The position numbers and the translations under genes are program-made. From the human T2T-CHM13v2.0 reference genome, Homo sapiens, in the NCBI RefSeq assembly GCF_009914755.1, contig NC_060940.1: a DNA stretch of 64,000 nucleotides; one strand, 5' to 3'. A model generated the notes under the pieces. The model had not been told where the DNA came from and made no database searches. It worked only from the letters and a program-made list of their open reading frames with translations. How positions within the stretch are numbered: position 1 is the first letter of the stretch; every line of letters begins with the position of its first letter. Positions 37,863-50,640 of this stretch are shown in pieces.

Positions 37863-40321
37863 AAAGATCTCGACATCAATTGTGTTTATATATTAATTTA
37901 AATTAATTTAAGGAAGGGGATTTGGAAGTTGTCACAATAGCTTTTGAAATAATGGGAACTGTAACTTACTTGAGAAATAAGTTATACCTGTGGAGGGAAT
38001 CACTACCACAGGAGAAGGCCCTTTCTTCTTACATTTTGATGTTTGATAATGGCTGATAATGAATTGAGCGCCCTCTGCGTTGGAGAGATCAGAAACTCAG
38101 GTTAGAGCAGTTATATTGGTGAGAGATTTTGAGGTCTGGTGCTAGAACTCAGACCCTCTAACTTAGACCCTTAGACTCTGGGCAGGAGAACAAAGCCACC
38201 ATCCCAAGAGTGAGACGCTTTATTTCAGCACCAGACACCGTCCATGGTGCAGGCTGTTTTCGTGCTATAAAGCCTGGTACTTTCTAAACATGGATCCCTT
38301 CCTTTACCCCTGTGCGCCTGCCCCAAGTCACATGTCTGGGGCTCATGACCCGCCCTAGAGTTCGGGGAAAGCTTCAGGTGAAGATTTTGTCAGAGATAAA
38401 TGGCCAGGCGCCATGAGCAGCAGTGAACTGGAAGGATACCCAGGATGTGGTGCCATGAATCAGTGGAGGTCCCCCAGGAGGAGTGGCGATCTGCCTATTA
38501 CACTCACCTCGTCATCGATCGAAACCATACAGACATCAGGCCTTGCCCCGCAGGCAGCCAGTGCAGCAGTTTCCAATTTATCTGAAGCAACTTAAATCCT
38601 GCAAACTCCAAAGTAGAAGCAGGTCCACTCTGCACGGAGAGGGGAAAGGGAAGTCGCCCTTCCCCACAGCGTCTTGGGTGGAGGTGGGAAACTCCTAAGT
38701 GTCCTCGTAACTCCCAACCCAGAAAAGTGGGTGTGCTGTGGGAGTCTCTCCTTACCACTGTACACCCAGAGTCCAGTAAATGTTTGTCTCACAAATGAGT
38801 AAATTTGGAAAGCAGACCAACAAAATATCATGCAGAGATTTAAATCACCTTTGAGGCTGTAACGACGTGGGTAAATGGGTCACTTGATATTGTTTAGTAA
38901 AACAAAATTACATAACATATATTCAGTATGATCCCAATGTTATACTTTATGTGTATACAACTGTAATAGTTATATACAATTTATTAGTAAAAAGTTATTT
39001 CCTTTTTTGCCATTATGGGCAATTTTTACTTTCTGTTAATGTATATTTTACCTTCTAAGTTTGCTGTGTTGTATACTTATTTTTTAACAAGTAAAAAATA
39101 GAAACTGAAGAACAAAGCATAGCACTTTCTTCTCCTGTGCCCCATGGTGCTTAGTTGGCTCACACATAGAGAGTCCTCAATGTTTTTCAGTAGAATCCCC
39201 TTGGCGTGCAATTTTCCCAAGTGTGAGGGACTCTCAGAGATGAGAAGCCATTGCCCAAATATCAGTCCACTGTCACCACTGCTCATTTGGGATTCCTCCT
39301 TCCTAACAGAAGCCAAATGTGGCTCCATGAGGCCAGTAGTTTACTGCATAACATTTTGTCTTCCACTTGTCACAGCAAGGTGAAAGTCTCCATCACTCTA
39401 GGCACCACTGTGCTCCATTTCACAAGACCAGCCCTTCTTCTCCACCTTTGCATAAGAGATCCCCAACAACCTTCTGATTTGGAGCCCAGAAGTTGGCTTC
39501 TCTACTCAGAATATCCACTGAACAGTCTTGGTCCACACACTGGGCTAGATAATAAAATTCTGAGCTCAAGTGTTGATTTTGCTTTGGCTGGGAGGATGTC
39601 TGATGTGGCCAGTGCAGCTCAGAAAGGTGTTTTGTGCTGCCTATGGGTAAGTGTGTGGCAGCACAGTGGAAGCTTCTACTTTTGCACCTAGGGTGGGCTT
39701 CGTGTGCAGTTCAGATATCCAAGTGGAGGGACACATGAACAGAACCATAGTGCCATGAGTGAAGGTCAACACCATAACCAAAACTGGCTATGCACAGCCC
39801 AAAAGTGCCTTCACCCATGAGACTTGAAAGCCTCATATAAAAAATAATTATATCTCCCTGATACTGGCACTATTAGCATTTCTTCCCTTTGAGATAAGGA
39901 TAGCTATCCCCTTTCAAAATACAAACACAATTATATGTCAATGAGTATAGAAGAGTTAAAGCTGGAAAATCCCAGTAAGGCAGGCAATCATGAACCTGAA
40001 CCAGTTGCATTGGAACTGGGGCATTTAATGGTGAAAAGGAGAAGACAACCATAGAAGAAAGATTTCTGAGTGATGGAGGACAGACTTCCAGATCCCACTC
40101 AGCCTGGAAGGAATCTTCTCTTTCATGTAAAATCAATAAGGTTCTGGAAATCCCAGAAATCATTACAGCAGTGCAGAGCAAGACACACTTTTTCTTTTCT
40201 TTAAAAGATGTTGCTAGATCCCACACATTGGTAGAGAACCAGCGTCCCAGCTCTTCCAGGCTTTCAAGGATTCTTAAAACAGCAAATAAACCACTGAAAG
40301 GTCACTGAAGGAACATTGAGA

Positions 40322-40412
40322 CCAGTGTTCTCAAACTTGAAAGTGCATCAGAACCACCTGGATGGCTTGTCAGCACAGATTCCTGGGCTCAACTCCCAAA
40401 GTTTCTGATTCA
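40322..40412. mobile_element. MER5A fragment
   Basis: ccagtgttctcaaacttgaaagtgcatcagaaccacctgga...tttctgattcag. Confidence 0.75.
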
Positions 40413-40642
40413 GGGGAAGGAGATGGAGTCTAACTTTGGTTCTGCTTGGCCTTCTAAAGTGGAGAAGAGGGAGATGGAAGAAAACAATTCTAAGCAGGAG
40501 GGAACACTAGGTCCATTTCTCTCCATCAGCCATGGAGAAGCAGTTCCTTCCACAGCAGAACAAACAATTCTAGAAAGTCCAAGCCATAAGAAAGAGTTGC
40601 AAATAACTTCTCCTCCCAAGGAGGCATCATATCCTAGCACTG

Positions 40643-40991
40643 CACCAGTTAAGACAAGTTAGATTAGGTAACAATCTACACCAAAATCGCACTGCCTTCG
40701 CAGCACAAAGTTTATGTCTCACTCAAGGCAAGTCCTTTGCTCACTGGGTTATGCTCCTAGATTGAGCTATCCTTCACGTGATAACTGTGGTCTCATGGCA
40801 CCTCTGCATGGACGCTTATATGATCTCCAGAGCACAGCAGAAGGACAGGTGAATAATCCCACTCATGTCATTGGCCGAAGCAAATCACATGATCTTGCCT
40901 TATATCAAGAGGGAGGAGAGGCATTACCTTCCATGTGCTCAAGTATAGAGGAGAACAAGATTCATTGGTGGATACTCATAACGTCTACCAC
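40643..40991 (-). mobile_element. Old MLT1K/L-type LTR
   Basis: cactcatgtcattggccgaagcaaatcacatg...cttccatgtgctc...gtctaccaca. Confidence 0.5.
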
Positions 40992-41209
40992 AGTGACTCA
41001 ACTGTATGTTTCTTCTTAATCACATTGCATCTTCAGAAGAGGTAGGAGGGGGTTAAAAGCCTCAAACACTCATGATATCAGACTATACACCCACTCCAGT
41101 GAGAGAGTGGTGGTAAAGACAGGATGAAAGATGCAACCTATTTTGTATTTTATTATTCCGATCATTAAAAAGCTACAAACAATATTGTGATTATTATCAC
41201 TTAATACTT

Positions 41210-41259
41210 TAAAACATAGCAAGTAATCTGTATATGTGATAACATTTTACAGAACCATA

Positions 41260-41294
<35 letters not shown>

Positions 41295-41500
41295 AATATA
41301 TGTAAAAAACTGATGATATTCTAAATAAAGACAGTATTCTAGTTAATTACCAACATCCATTTCCAGGTTTTGATAGTGAATTATAATTGTAAGCTGCTAA
41401 CATTTGGGGAAGCTGAATATGTAGGAATTCTCTGTACACTACAATTTTTGCAAATGCTTGTGAGTCTTATTATTTCAAAATTAAAAGTGGAAAAAAATTG
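41210..41500 (+). mobile_element. L1MC-type 3' fragment containing (AC)15 at 41263-41292
   Basis: tttccaggttttgatagtg...catttggggaagctg...attctctgtacact...tttgcaaatgcttgtgagtc. Confidence 0.7.
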
Positions 41501-42786
41501 CTAGAGAAGCTTTTCCATCCAGGTCCTTCGCCCCACATCTCTGCAAATGTCCCACACATGAGCTAGGTTGTCTGAGTAAAGTCATCTTTGGCTGGAAAAG
41601 CAGGAAATCTGATTAATGTGCCGATGAGATGGCTATAGAAACTCACCTGCCTGTTTGCACCTCCGGTCTCTGCAGGAACATAGATGAAATCTCTTCTTTG
41701 AAAGTTAAAATAAAAGCCAGTCAATCCCCACTTGCACGCCCTTTACTGCAGGTAATAAGTGGGAGCCCAGGTGAATTGTTCTGTATTTCCCTTTAAATTC
41801 TTGGGATTTCAGTGACAGACCAAGGCTCTCATCTGTCAGCAAACTGTTCCAGGCAGACCCAATTCTTAGCACCACAATAAAATGAAGGACATCAGGATAA
41901 TCCATCAAACAAAAGCAGCTGGGAGCACCATCGTCTACCAAAGACTGTATTCATTTGCCCAGAACATTAAAAATCTATGTCCCAGCTCTTCTCCCCAAAG
42001 TCCTTATTTCACCCAATAAAATAAATTTAAAGTGCATAAATGTATATTAAAAATATCTAAGCAAACACTTGCAGCTAAATAATGTTCACCCAGATGCGCC
42101 TACAATTTTTTTATCGTTAGACATGTTTCCCGTTCTCCCAAGTAAATATTTCACTGAAAATGTTCCCCAAGCAGTTGTTATCTCGATATTTTCACAATAG
42201 AATATTCTGTGCTCTACACATATAAATACTGTGAATAACCAACATTTTCCCGAAGAGAACGCTGATTTCCCAGCATTTTTGTAAAATGACTTTCTCCGTA
42301 ATGCCAGCTCTGTGAGCAGTGCAGGGTGTGAACTCCAAAATCCAAGGCACCAGCTCCCAGGAATTGAAGCCTGAGACAGGGTGACTCCCTACAGAATCCA
42401 TAAGTGTGTTTCATTCAAGGGCACCTTGGGATAGGGGAAGGATCTCAAGTGTTGAGGTCATATAGACCCCATTCTTGAAGGCTATTTCTCCTACTTGCTT
42501 GACTTTGGGTGAGTTATTTAGTAGCCCATCTGTAAAAAGAGTAACAAGAGTACCTGATGCCTATGGGTATGATATGTTCGGCCCTACAGCAATACTTTGT
42601 CCTCCTACATTATTTAAGCAGAGCTCATTAAGGGACTGGACAACCAGATGACAGCCCAGGGTGCCACCTGTGGCTACACCCCCCCCCAGATGATTTCTCA
42701 CATTGATAAAGACCCCACATCCACCCTTGCGAGGATTTCACATGCAGTGTCCCATTGGGCCCCAGGCTATCCAGTCACTCTATGGA

Positions 42787-42991
42787 AGCGGTTCTCAAAC
42801 TTCAGTGTGCATCAGAATCACCTGGCGGTGACAGGGTCGGGGAGGGGGGAACCTGTGAAAACAAGTTTCTGGGCCCCACCTCTAGTTTCTAATTCAGTAA
42901 TCTGGGAGGTACCTGAGAGTGTGCACTTCTACCAAGGACCCAGGTGATGCTGATGTTGCTCTTCTGGAGGCCACACTTTGTTGACCTCCTG
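42787..42991. mobile_element. MER5A
   Basis: gcggttctcaaacttcagtgtgcatcagaatcacctgg...caggtgatgctgatgttgct...gaggccacactttg. Confidence 0.85.
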
Positions 42992-42994
42992 CTA

Positions 42995-43312
42995 TAGAAC
43001 TTCAAACTTTTTCTGTAAAGGCAAGACAGTAAGTAAGCGAGACTTTACAGGCCACAGTTTCTGCTGCACCTGCTCAACTCTGCTGTTGTCATGCAAAGCA
43101 ACCACAAGCCATCCATACTATGTTCCAATAAAACTTTATTCATGAGCACTGAAGTGTGAATTTCATATAATTTTCACATGTCACTAAATATTCTTCTTCT
43201 TTTGATTTTTTCTCAACTGTTTAAAAATGCAGAAACCATTCTTAGCTCCTGGGCCATAGCAAAACAGGCAGTTGCTTGGATTTGGCCGTTGGGGTGTAGT
43301 CTGCAGACCCCT
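42995..43312. mobile_element. MER58B
   Basis: caaactttttctgtaaagg...gttccaataaaactttatt...gaatttcatataattttcacatgtcac...ggatttggcc...tgcagacccct. Confidence 0.85.
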
Positions 43313-43429
43313 ACAACTAGGACACCAGGAAAATGCAATGCTTTCATCCCCCTTTGAATAAAAATGTCTCCATTTTCCTTTCTCCATCTGTTTGTGTGTC
43401 CAGTGAGCCCACTCCTTACAACATGCTCC

Positions 43430-44000
43430 CCACCAGCACTCCCACAGCGGCTGCTTCAGCTGAATCAACACTGCCTTGGCCACTGAGGTCTTGAGAGTCC
43501 CTCCTGCCCCCCAGCCCCTCCCCCAGCCTTCTCCTTTCAGCTTCACTTTTGCTCTTTTTATAGCTTTGCACAAATTTGTCTCTGTGGCAAATTTACAGCA
43601 CGCACTGCTTGTCTGAACTATTTAAAGGCACAATATTCTCGACTGTGCCATAAAGCTTTCCCATTCTGTGTGTTTTATTTCTCTGTTTGAGGGCCTTTTA
43701 TGAAATCAGCAGCTCAGCGGAAGGAAATCATTTGCATACTTGGCTCCATACACCTGGAATTCCTTAATTTTAGGGATTAGCGAAATGAGTCTAATAAAAA
43801 GTGGAGGCCCTTGTTAATCATCTCTGTAAAGTCCCTTCATTACCTGGTACTGGTGCCCAATCCAAACGCTCATTTCAGGAAATTCACATTGTGCAGGTCA
43901 GTTATTGCAATTTTATGAACTGATTTGTAATTTTACGTGACACAGTTTGTGTTTTTAGTGTTCCTGAAAGTTAAATGACTGTTTTCTCTCCCCTGTCCCA
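43430..44000. promoter_or_regulatory. Candidate conserved enhancer with CDX/posterior-HOX motif cluster
   Basis: GCCATAAA 43647-43654, TTTTATGA 43696-43703 and 43911-43918, CTAATAAAA 43791-43799, TTTTACG 43931-43937 next to TGACA, octamer ATTTGCAT 43730-43737; no repeats. Confidence 0.5.
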
Positions 44001-45008
44001 CTCTTAAGAGGATACCTTTCAGGGTTATCATAGAGAAGGCCCAAAGGCCATGAGTGTGAGAACTGAATTATCACCTTGTAGTCCTGACTGGGAGAGTTGG
44101 AATTTCAGCATCCGTTGTGTTGTTATTGGAGATGATCTTGATGCAGTCCTTGCTAACATGGCTTTCCAGTAGGGAACATGCAAATCCCTCTTCTGTTCTG
44201 TTCTACATTCACCCCCCAGAGCATTCTGGATGCTTCTCAGAATTTCCAAATCCTATTCATCCCCTCCCTACAGAATGGAAGTAAAATGTTTCGGTTGCCC
44301 CTGCTCTTAAGGAGAATATGATTAAGGCCAGGTCAACAGTGCAGTTGCCACAGACAACTTTCTGAAAAGGGCAGAAATATAGAACATCTACTGATTGTCA
44401 GTATGTTTCCAGTAAATCCAGGGTTCCACATGCAGCTCCTTACAGAATTGGCAAAACATAATTAGGTCCCACAAAAGTAGATAGTTCCCATAATTGGAAA
44501 TTAAAACAAAATAAAACAGCAAAACAAAACAAACAAAAATCCTCCCTGGAAGTTCTACTGATTTTTTTTTTCAAAATACAACCACTATGTCACAAAGCCC
44601 AAGAACAGAGCCCATGGCTGACTGAAGTCAGCAGTTGCAATCAGGATAATTCTGTAACTGAATAATGCATGCTGGAATGCTGTTTACAGGAAATGAGCAA
44701 TTTATTTTATTATCCAAATTTTAAACCCTTTTAATATGCCTCCCAAGAAGATGTCTGATTTAGAAAATTGCAAAAGAGACCTTAGGAGAGGACAAGAGGT
44801 ACTCAAAAAATTCACTACCGTAAAGGCCAGATAAAGAAACTTTAAAATAATCTGAATAAGACTTGGTAAGTATATCCACAAAAATTACCTTTATTTTGGT
44901 GACACTAAGGGGCCAACATGATACTGAGTAACAGATAAACTGTGGAACAAAAAGCTAAAATGTAAGATTATGTTCGGTAGAAGTAATAAATCTGTGAGAT
45001 TCCCTTTC

Positions 45009-45012
<4 letters not shown>

Positions 45013-45049
<37 letters not shown>

Positions 45050-45062
45050 CGTGCATATGTAC
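45013..45062. repeat. (GT)14-(GC)3 alternating purine-pyrimidine tract
   Basis: 50 bp of unbroken R/Y alternation. Confidence 0.92.
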
Positions 45063-46221
45063 TGCCAAATACGTAAAATGCTTATGTTAATCGAAAAATC
45101 ACAACAAACTGCTAGCTGTAATGAAAAGGGACTGAAGGAATGGTTTCCTTTTTCATCTTGAAAACTTTTTGGCTTTTTTACATATTCTAATTGTACATGC
45201 ATAACTTTTTTTGGATTATCAGAGTTTATGTGGATGGGGAAATTTGGAGTAATAGTTTTGTTTTCTTTCTATTTATCTGTATCTTTAGTAAACAAATCTT
45301 TTAAGGAAACATCATTTTAGGGGCTTCATAAGTCTTTCATTTGAACACAGAGGCAGATGTATATTTTGTTCCTAGATAAATCAAGTTCTCTCACACACAT
45401 TGCATATACAAATATGTCAGGAACATATTTAAAAGGGCACCAAATTATCAGCTTTCCCAGGGCAGCCACATTTCATGGTCTCAGAGTTCTTGAGGACTGT
45501 CTTGGCAGTTCAGAGGGTTCCTGTCTTCATCCATCAGACTGGACCAGCTCCCCATGAAGGCTGAGAAAATAGTCAAGTAAGAAAATAGGAGGGTAGCCAA
45601 GACCGGCTGCCCTCTCTAGGAAAGATGCATAGTCTCCATGACATCTCTTGCTGCCTGTCATAGCACTCAACAACACAGATGAAAGAGCAAGAAGGACAAG
45701 TGGAGATGATTTTTTCTGCCCCTTTATGTGCAGATGAGGAGCTGGAGCTGAGAGATGTGGCATGGCTTGTCCCAGACAACTCAGCTGCACAGAGAGGGGA
45801 ACTCCCACTAAAGTTACCCTCTGTTCACATTAACCACCTTCTGGAACCTTGTTGGCTAGCGCGCCCTGACTCTGTTTAGTTCATCTGATTAACTCATCCC
45901 AAGTAGAAGAGAAGGCAGGATCCTTAGAAAAAGAGAGCAGGGGAGGTTGGTTTTGATGGAAGGCAAAACACCCTGTGAGTGCCCTCTTCCCCCACAGTAG
46001 CCAAGGCCATGGGAAATGGACATGCTGAAAAGCACAGGGGTAAGTCAAAGGAATAAATATATATTTAATAGGGGAAGGGAAGTGGCATGTATTGGATGCA
46101 TACATGTGCTAGGCACTTTGCATTCATTCCCTCCAGTGAGTGATGGGTCATCATCATCATTCCCGTTTCACAAAGGATGGTAAACAGCGTCTTTAAGCTT
46201 CTGCAGCTCCTGACTGAGCTG

Positions 46222-46550
<329 letters not shown>

Positions 46551-47072
46551 TTAGCTGGCTTTTAAACCCAAGCCTCTCTGCATCCGAAGCCTAGACTGGA
46601 AATCTCTACACTCAATAGACTTTCAGGGAAATGCAATAGCTCAGGCAAACCTTGCTTACCTCAAACTTTTACTAAGCAAATAAACAGATTTTGAAAGTCG
46701 GCTGCCCACTGACCAGGCCGATAAGGAAAGAAATAGAGGGAGACACTCTCTTCCCGTTAGAGGGAATAAAAGGAAATTGAACTTATCGAGCATTTAATGT
46801 GCATTAAGCAAATGCTGCATATGCCGTCTCATTGGATTTTGATGAGAGCGGGTGTATTTTGATATTATTTTAGGGAGTAACCAAAGAATGGCCAATGACT
46901 CTCACTTTAAAGACACATGGGATTGCAGAGGTGAAGGAGAGGAGAGAAGCTCCCCAGAAAACTTCATTCGCCATAACTACAGTTTTGACTTGGGAGGTTC
47001 CTGACCTAGAGAAATGATGAGCAGCTGTGCTCCTGCATCTGCGATTGGGTGCCAGGCTGATTCTCTGCTTCA

Positions 47073-47086
47073 GCGCCATCTGGAGG
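47073..47086 (-). promoter_or_regulatory. CTCF core motif
   Basis: Minus strand reads CCTCCAGATGGCGC, with the CpG retained. Confidence 0.55.
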
Positions 47087-47124
47087 TTTCCTCCAGACAC
47101 TCCAAGCTGGTGAATCATAATTCT

Positions 47125-47400
47125 TTAATAATAATAACAGTAAATAACAGCTAACTAACATCTATTGAATACTTGCTATAGGTCAGACCCTATCCTGAGA
47201 GCCTTATACTTTTCATTGCATTTTATGTTCTCAGCAGACCTACGAGGTGAATTACTTTTATTAATTCCTTTTCACAGGAGGCTCCCAGTGACAAGAAATT
47301 TGCAAAAACAAAAAACAAAATAAAACAAACGACCACTAAGTAGTGGAGCCAGGATTGACAGCTCAAGTCTGAGTTTCTAACCACTCCGCCCCATTGTCTT
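47125..47400 (-). mobile_element. MIR
   Basis: aataataac...ctaacatctattgaatacttgctataggtcagac...gtggagccaggatt. Confidence 0.72.
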
Positions 47401-47789
47401 TTGAGCAAAAAGATTCATAAAGGACCTTGGCTAAACAAATAGTTGCTGTTTATATCCTATCTGTAATTTTATGGGATACAGTTAGCAGTTTTAAAGGGAG
47501 GAAATTTAAATAATTTTTATTTCTCCATTCCCCACCTCCTGCTCACTGGAAGTCAAGCAGGGATGTTGATATGGATATGCAGACCCTATCACCCTCCCCC
47601 ACCCTCTCTTCCTCCTCATTGGCTGAAGAAAAGCCACAGGCCCGGTTACCCATCTGTGCTCACATCCCATCATCCAAATACCAGAAAGGACCAGCTTGAC
47701 TGTCAATCACCATTATGAAAAGTGAGCCATCGACTCATCCCTCAGTACTCCAAGGCCACCCCAAGGATAAAGCATGGCGGTTGTTACAA

Positions 47790-48187
47790 CTGCCCCCTGG
47801 ATTTTTACCAAATCCATCTCTCCCTCCTGGGCACACAGCTAGGTTCCAATGCCAGGCTGAGAGACTGAGTTCTGGAAGTGACATGTGCCCCTGGGACTGG
47901 TACACACTCTTCCCCAGCCCCCAGCCTCTGCCAATACTCTCTGTCTTCCCACTCTACTAGCCAGAAATCCATATACAGGGTGACTTTGAAAGCCATGTGT
48001 TCAAGATAGCAGAGCCACCAGATACAAAGAGACAGGACCCCTGAATCACTGTTTGCAGAAGAGTTCGCTGCTGATCAAGAACATCAGTTTAGCATTTTAT
48101 GTGTGTGAAAAATAAACTTTTACTATAAAATGCACTGCTCTGTGGCAGTTGTTGTTTATAAAAGCTATTCTTACCCTAACAAATGCA
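47790..48187 (+). mobile_element. MLT1J-type LTR
   Basis: gaagtgacatgtgcc...gaaagccatgtgttcaagatagcagagccaccagat...cctgaatcactg...aaataaactttt. Confidence 0.65.
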
Positions 48188-49839
48188 GCTACTGCTTGGT
48201 ATTATCAACGGACTCAGTTAGGAATGCATTCAGGACACATATGAAAGCACTACTCCACATGGCTAGGAGTGTGTGGGCAGCAGACCAGGGCTGGGATGGT
48301 GGCTGGGGATGGTGGTACAGGATCTTTCTTTCAGACATTCCACTCCCTCTTAGGAGGCCTATGCCCTTATGCATTTCACCTCATGGTCACGAGATGGCTG
48401 CTGTATCCCAGACCCTTATTCCAGGAAGAAACAAGAAGGAAGAAGATACTGAAAGGATGATACTGGTATCAGGACATAAGAAGTTTTCTCCAGACTTCTT
48501 GGCTTATGTCTCATTGGCCATAACCGACTCATGTGCCTACCTCAAGTGGCCAGAGGTCTGATATAAATTGTTACAGAGCACACTGAGGGCCTGGAGAAAT
48601 GCCATGGTGCTCTTTAGAAGAAATAAGGGAACTAGGTAATGAGCAGTGTCTTAGTAATACACAGAACTAGTATACAGAATTTTAGCAAAGAAAAATTACT
48701 TAGGTTTCTGTGCCTGGCTGTTGCTTTGTCTAAAAACCTACATACTTCCTCTGTCCCAACATACACATTTTGACTGACAACTCTACCTTTCCCCTGTCTG
48801 AACATCATGCCACCTCTGACATGAATGCTTCTGTAACACATACAGACTTTTTTTAAGGTTTAATTTCAAACTTGCAATAAATTTGATAAGGATGCTACTT
48901 CAGCTTTTGTTTGAAATGTGCATTCTTGATGTCAAGTTGGAAAAGCATGTCTACAGGAGTAAAAAGTCATCTCGGAAAGCCAAACTTGATTTCATCCTCA
49001 TGTCATCCCACTTTCCCAGCACCTTCCACCAGCTCAGCTCCCTGCCATCTCTCAGCTGTAGCCTGAGATCCTGAGTGTGCTACTTCATCAACAAAAGGAC
49101 AGGTTTCAGCTCTCCTAGATGGAGAGTGCTTTTGACCAGTCACTAATAAAGAGCCAGAAGAGGATTTGCCAACACAAAAGATGGACCACATTTGAACAAG
49201 AAGGTATTTGGTGCATTCTGAAATGGAACTATGAGTTTGATTTTGCAGGCTGTTTGACCCGATCTTGAAGAATAGAAGTACCTGTTTTTGAATTAGAAAT
49301 ATATTCCTAAGCATAGCCGTCAACCTAACCCAACATACCAGCTTCCACTGAGAAGCTGAAATTTTTATCATTGGACAATGCAGACCCTATCACCATTGGT
49401 GAACCATTGGACAGATTCACCACATATGTCACTCTGGCTGAGATGAACAATCTGCATTATGCTTACAATGGGGAATGGGTAAAAATGTTACATCCAGTCT
49501 CAGGACTACACATTTTTCAAAAAGAAGCGACATAGAAAGTGGTGGCCTTATGGCATAGTGAAGGCCAGTGTCCTGAAACTGATTTGAAATCTTATAGCCA
49601 ACATCAACAGTCATGGGAAGAAGGGATGCCTTATTAAGTTCAGATGACTGGTGTTCTCGATTATTCCCATTATGAATCAAAAAATATAAAACTGTGTTGT
49701 GTTTGATCCCATTTTAGCCTAAGTAGCCCAATCAACCATATGAAGCTCATAGCTCCTGTTGTTGTGTGGGTCCTGTCTGGCTTTCTGGAACTTGCAATGT
49801 GAACTTTAGCTATTTCTTCCCCTCTCTGTACTTCTGTTT

Positions 49840-50121
49840 ATTTAGTTATTTAAATTTTCTGAGCCAGAATCTCACTTCGTTGCACAGGCTGGAGTGCAGG
49901 GATATCATTTTGGCTCACTGCAACCTCCGCCTCCCCAGTTCAAGTGATCCTCCTGCCCCAGCCTCTTGAGTAGCTGGGATTACAGGCACCCGCCACCATG
50001 CCTGGCTAAATTTTGTATTTTTAGTAGAGGTGGGGGTTTCACCATGTTGGCCAGGCTGGTCTCAAACTCCTGACCTCAGGTGATCTGCTGAGATTACAGG
50101 TGTGAGTCACCGCACCCAGCC
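49840..50121 (-). mobile_element. AluS with internal deletion
   Basis: TSD TGTACTTCTGTTT at 49827-49839 and 50122-50134. Confidence 0.92.
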
Positions 50122-50320
50122 TGTACTTCTGTTTTTATTGTTCCTAAAATGTGAAGAGTAATACCTGACCTACTTATATAAAAGACATAGTATAATGAAG
50201 TGATGTACTAGTAGGGATAATTATTAATTTAATTTAAGCCTACTGTGTACCTGGCTTGGTGTTACCTGCTTTCTGTAGAGTAGCAATTGATCCATACTCT
50301 CTAATAGCCCCTTAAAATAA

Positions 50321-50640
<320 letters not shown>

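Noticed and set aside
38404-38595. Kozak-like GGCGCCATGA opening a 60-aa ORF
   Set aside because: Short, no recognisable homology and no transcript evidence; kept only as part of the CpG-rich block
40423-40662. 79-aa ATG ORF with protein-like composition
   Set aside because: Lies between MER5A and MLT1 fragments, with no recognisable family or splice context
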